Below are positions 53,651 to 57,251 of a stretch of DNA of 57,251 nucleotides, piece after piece; within the stretch, counting starts at the first letter, position 1; every line of letters starts with the position of its first letter. This stretch comes from a virus (Duplodnaviria > Caudoviricetes). The translations under genes were made by a program, and so were the position numbers. The notes below the pieces were generated by a model, which saw only the letters and a list, made by a program, of their open reading frames with translations, did no database searches and was not told the origin of the DNA. The stretch covers positions 1 to 57,251 of the IMG/VR virus record IMGVR_UViG_3300046468_000977, one strand, 5' to 3'.

Positions 53651-56600
53651 TTAAGCAGACTCTTCTATGTCCACGGGTTCTATCTCTAGTTTATCTACGT
53701 CTTTACGTTCTCCGTAAATCACATAAAAATAATTAAGAGGCGTTTCTGTGTTTGATCCGACAGTAACGTCCCCATTATCTGCAATGTCCTCAACATAAAG
53801 GTCTTGGTTAGCTCCTATGGCGGTGATTTCTACCGTCATCGAATCGAGGTGGACTAAACCATCCCAATAATCGGGCATCTCAATTGTATTTGATTTGCTC
53901 CTGCCTCTAAAGTAAACACCAACCTCTGGTCCCTCAAGACATGCGTGAACTAATTTTTTACCTTCTTTAGTCGGGTGTGGGATAGAGAAGTATTTAGCAT
54001 ACCCTGAAATATTGCCCGCCACTGTCAGGCTGGACCCACTGGCGCTACTACCAATATCCACACTCCCCCTAGCGATTTTCATCACTTCAGTTCCCCCGCC
54101 AGCACTCGCGCTGCCATACCTAAATGAAGCTATCTTCTGAGTGCCACCTGAGTTAGGTGACTGCACGTATAAGACATAGTTACTGGCTCCAGTGTCCCTC
54201 GTAATTAAACTATAACTAGTGCTTGCAGCCTTAGTCCTAATTGCATTAGCCACAACCACACCACCAACATCAATACCATCAGTCTTAACTCTGAGCCTTT
54301 CAGTTCCTCCGACTACTGTTCTACAGTAGGAGTTGTTTGACCAATGGATATAATCATTACTGTCATAACCAATGTAACTAATGCTATCTCTTAGATCGGT
54401 CTCTAACTGGAATTGAGTTCCGCTAAGGTCTAAGCCCCTACCTGCTGAGTAAGTTGTATTGGTGTCAGTGTTTGTGTCCGTCCAAGGGACGTGAACATAC
54501 ATTTTCTCTGACGAAACTTCGACAGGGTAATACTTACCACTTTCAGTATATCCAATCTTGAAACCACCTCTTGTCGAACTAGACCCAGCAGGTAAAGAAT
54601 AGTTATTCGCACTAGTAGCAATACCGTCGAGCTTAGTCTTGAGCGTAGAGGTAAAGTTCTTTTGAGTCAGCCCACCATCGCCTACAGAGTAAGTTGTGTT
54701 CGTGGTAACATAACCAGCACCGTTGGTAAGCTGGTTGTTATTGGTAATGTAGTTAGCGTTTGTAGCTCCGGTGTAACCAAGATTTCCAAGGGTCAACGTC
54801 CTAGTCCCCATGCTAGTGATAACACCATCAGTAACATAAATGTTATCAATGATAGTAGAACCTGACGTATTAATATCAGAGTCGGTTCCGATGATCGTGT
54901 TGCCACTTGAGGTTACATACCCAGCAGAAGCGTGGTTCCCCCATCCATATGCGGTGTTCCAGTTGGAAATATTTAAGTTAGATCCAGTAACCGCACCACC
55001 AGCAGTTATCGAAGAAGCGACCGTTAACACCCCAGCAGTAGTCAAGGACATTGCTCCTGCCGATTTAGTTTGACCGCTATACCCCCACCAGAATCCTCTG
55101 TCTGTATCGTTATTCATACAGAAGGTCATCGCGTAATCATTAAGGCCACCATAGGTAACCCCACTTGTCATACCAATCCCGTATGTTGTGCCACTCCAAA
55201 CAGAGAACTTAACGTCAGCGTTACTCCCCGTAGTAATTACTTGGTTTCCACTGACAGTTAAATCACCCCCAATGGTTCTATTACCAGATAATGTTGTTGG
55301 TAGAACGTAGTTATTAGCACCAGCAGCAATACCGTCGAGCTTAGATTTAAGAGTAGTCGTGAAGTTCTTTTGAGTTAGCCCACCATCTCCTACAGAGTAA
55401 GTTGTGTTAGTGGTAACATACCCAGCACCGTTGGTGAGCTGGTTGTTATTGGTTATGTAGTTGGCATTTGTAGCTCCCGTGTAACCAAGATTCGCAAGAG
55501 TTAAGTTACGAGTAGAGTGTGATGTTATCACACCGTCTGTCATCACTAACGTATCTACAACCGATGCACCCGAAGTGTTAATGTCAGAATCGGTTCCGAC
55601 TATCGTGTTACCACTTGAAGTAACATATCCAGCGCCGTTACTAAGCTGGTTGTTATTCGTTATATAGTTAGCATTTGTAGCTCCTGTGTAACCTAGTGTA
55701 GACAGAGAGGGTTTATTTCCAGAATGATAAATCTCATACTTATTAGCCCCCATTGACCAACCACCTACAGATAATTTGTTGTTATCTGCGTCTAATCCAA
55801 AATACATGGCAAAGTCACCACCAGTATGGAAAGCCATGAAAGCATCATTGCCTGAGCCACTGTTGTAAATTTCAAGTCCACCCAGACTGGAACTGCTGGA
55901 GGCTATAGTGTCGTGGTTGCTGGTGGAGCATTTACTGAAGGTAATCCTTTCGGTAATGGTATCAGTAGCATCGCTCCGCACATAACTCGCACCATTAACA
56001 CCATCAAGTTTATCAGCATCGGCTGCTTTACCTGATGTTGTTAAGTAACTAGCACCATTGGTGAGCTGGTTGTTATTGGTTATGTAGTTAGCATTTGTAG
56101 CTCCCGTGTAACCAAGATTCGCAAGAGTTAAGTTACGAGTAGAGTGTGATGTTATCACACCGTCTGTCATCACTAACGTATCTACAACCGATGCACCCGA
56201 AGTGTTAATGTCAGAATCGGTTCCGATTATCGTGTTACCACTTGAAGTAACATATCCAGCACCGTTACTAATCTGATTGTTGTTAGTTACGTTCGTTGCA
56301 CCCGCCGCGATACCATCGAGCTTAGACTTTAGCGTAGTCGTGAAGTTCTTTTGAGTCAGCCCACCATCACCTACAGAGTAAGTTGTGTTCGTAGTAACAT
56401 AACCAGCACCGTTAGTGAGCTGGTTGTTATTAGTAGGAATTGTAGGTTTATTAGTTAGGTTATTGTAACTAATATTAATGTTGGACGAACCATTGAAACT
56501 CGTGCCAGCAATCGTCCTTGCAGTCGTAAGCGTATCTGCATTTGGGTGGTAGTTGTCTGCGAAGACCCTCTGACCTGCTCCCCATGTTGTCGCTCCGAAT

Positions 56601-57251
56601 CCAGCTTTCCAAATGTGCATTTCTGGGTTCCCAGAACCATTAAGTTTCTTAAAGGTAATTGCACTTGGGCCACCTCCAGATGAATCTGAGTAAGTATCAA
56701 AAGCTAACACATCAACATAGACCGTATTAGCTGATCCCGTCATACCACCGTAAGATGAGAAAAACGGTTTTATCGCTTGGACCGAACTAGTAATCCCCGA
56801 AGTGCTGGGCTTCATATCCCTGTCATCAGTCGAATCTAATCTGTGGTGATTGTGTGAATCGTCATTAACAGTAACTGAAATTGAAGTTGTTCCTGACCCA
56901 CTTACGTCCCCACCCAATGAAATAGTTTGGTTTCCAGTAATATAACCAGCACCGTTGGTAAGCTGGTTGTTATTGGTAATGTAGTTAGCGTTTGTAGCTC
57001 CCGTGTAACCTAGATTCGCAAGAGTTAAGTTACGAGTAGAGTGTGATGTTATCACACCGTCTGTCATCACTAACTGATCTACAACCGATGCACCCGAAGT
57101 GTTAATGTCAGAATCGGTTCCGATGATCGTGTTACCACTTGAAGTAACATATCCAGCACCGTTGGTAAGCTGGTTGTTATTGGTAATGTAGTTAGCGTTT
57201 GTAGCTCCCGTGTAACCTAGATTCGCAAGAGTTAAGTTACGAGTAGAGTGT
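53651..57251 (-). CDS. Long tail fibre protein, partial (5' end beyond the right edge)
   Basis: Frame open from 57250 to the stop at 53651; repeated ITNNNQLTNGAGY modules; fibre motif AFMAFH...YFGLD..NKLSVGGWSMG; C-terminal IPHPTKEGK.L.HACLEGPE.GVY.RG domain. Confidence 0.9.
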   Translation of the reverse strand, partial: HSTRNLTLANLGYTGATNANYITNNNQLTNGAGYVTSSGNTIIGTDSDINTSGASVVDQLVMTDGVITSHSTRNLTLANLGYTGATNANYITNNNQLTNGAGYITGNQTISLGGDVSGSGTTSISVTVNDDSHNHHRLDSTDDRDMKPSTSGITSSVQAIKPFFSSYGGMTGSANTVYVDVLAFDTYSDSSGGGPSAITFKKLNGSGNPEMHIWKAGFGATTWGAGQRVFADNYHPNADTLTTARTIAGTSFNGSSNINISYNNLTNKPTIPTNNNQLTNGAGYVTTNTTYSVGDGGLTQKNFTTTLKSKLDGIAAGATNVTNNNQISNGAGYVTSSGNTIIGTDSDINTSGASVVDTLVMTDGVITSHSTRNLTLANLGYTGATNANYITNNNQLTNGASYLTTSGKAADADKLDGVNGASYVRSDATDTITERITFSKCSTSNHDTIASSSSSLGGLEIYNSGSGNDAFMAFHTGGDFAMYFGLDADNNKLSVGGWSMGANKYEIYHSGNKPSLSTLGYTGATNANYITNNNQLSNGAGYVTSSGNTIVGTDSDINTSGASVVDTLVMTDGVITSHSTRNLTLANLGYTGATNANYITNNNQLTNGAGYVTTNTTYSVGDGGLTQKNFTTTLKSKLDGIAAGANNYVLPTTLSGNRTIGGDLTVSGNQVITTGSNADVKFSVWSGTTYGIGMTSGVTYGGLNDYAMTFCMNNDTDRGFWWGYSGQTKSAGAMSLTTAGVLTVASSITAGGAVTGSNLNISNWNTAYGWGNHASAGYVTSSGNTIIGTDSDINTSGSTIIDNIYVTDGVITSMGTRTLTLGNLGYTGATNANYITNNNQLTNGAGYVTTNTTYSVGDGGLTQKNFTSTLKTKLDGIATSANNYSLPAGSSSTRGGFKIGYTESGKYYPVEVSSEKMYVHVPWTDTNTDTNTTYSAGRGLDLSGTQFQLETDLRDSISYIGYDSNDYIHWSNNSYCRTVVGGTERLRVKTDGIDVGGVVVANAIRTKAASTSYSLITRDTGASNYVLYVQSPNSGGTQKIASFRYGSASAGGGTEVMKIARGSVDIGSSASGSSLTVAGNISGYAKYFSIPHPTKEGKKLVHACLEGPEVGVYFRGRSKSNTIEMPDYWDGLVHLDSMTVEITAIGANQDLYVEDIADNGDVTVGSNTETPLNYFYVIYGERKDVDKLEIEPVDIEESA
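54620..57251. repeat. Interspersed near-identical modules within the fibre gene (207-bp unit and ~110-bp unit)
   Basis: gagtagagtgt at 57241 and 57034 (period 207 bp = 69 aa), with more copies near 56140 and 55510; TYSVGDGGLTQKNFT module x3. Confidence 0.9.

Noticed and set aside
54620-57251. Diversity-generating retroelement TR/VR pair
   Set aside because: No reverse transcriptase in the window; repeat copies are in-frame modules differing mostly at synonymous sites, not adenine-specific.
1-57251. tRNA genes, integrase/att site, stop-codon reassignment
   Set aside because: No cloverleaf/T-loop pattern or recombinase motif noticed; long ORFs are intact in the standard code and all three stops are used.

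Overview
The window is a near-complete dsDNA tailed-phage genome (Caudoviricetes), most likely a podovirus. It has a portal, scaffold, major capsid protein, three internal/ejection-type proteins (one of 3409 aa), terminase, lysis cassette and long repetitive tail fibres. I saw no tape measure, sheath, integrase, RNA polymerase, tRNA or CRISPR. Layout: virion genes on the minus strand (1-15.5 kb, 24.3-38.9 kb, 46.7-57.25 kb), small early genes plus an SF2 helicase on the plus strand (16.4-24.3 kb), and a replication module on the plus strand (38.9-46.7 kb: terS candidate, RuvC-like resolvase, Cas4-like exonuclease, SSB-like protein, family A DNA polymerase, primase-helicase). Both window ends fall inside repeat-rich minus-strand fibre ORFs, suggesting a circular assembly broken at one fibre locus. 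Most interesting signals: (1) a short motif SFx[DE]x[VI][EN]xRM shared by three unrelated late proteins and matching the scaffold C-terminus, a candidate capsid cargo-loading tag; (2) a pseudoknot/antiterminator/terminator switch directly upstream of DNA polymerase; (3) a tandem hairpin RNA motif in the capsid-gene leader; (4) leaderless sigma70-type promoters and SD-less A/C-repeat leaders across the genome; (5) direct and inverted 7-bp arrays at early-gene junctions; (6) an rrn-like boxA leader; (7) three glycosyltransferases plus a mucin-like Ser/Thr repeat protein. All family assignments come from reading motifs by eye; no database search was run.
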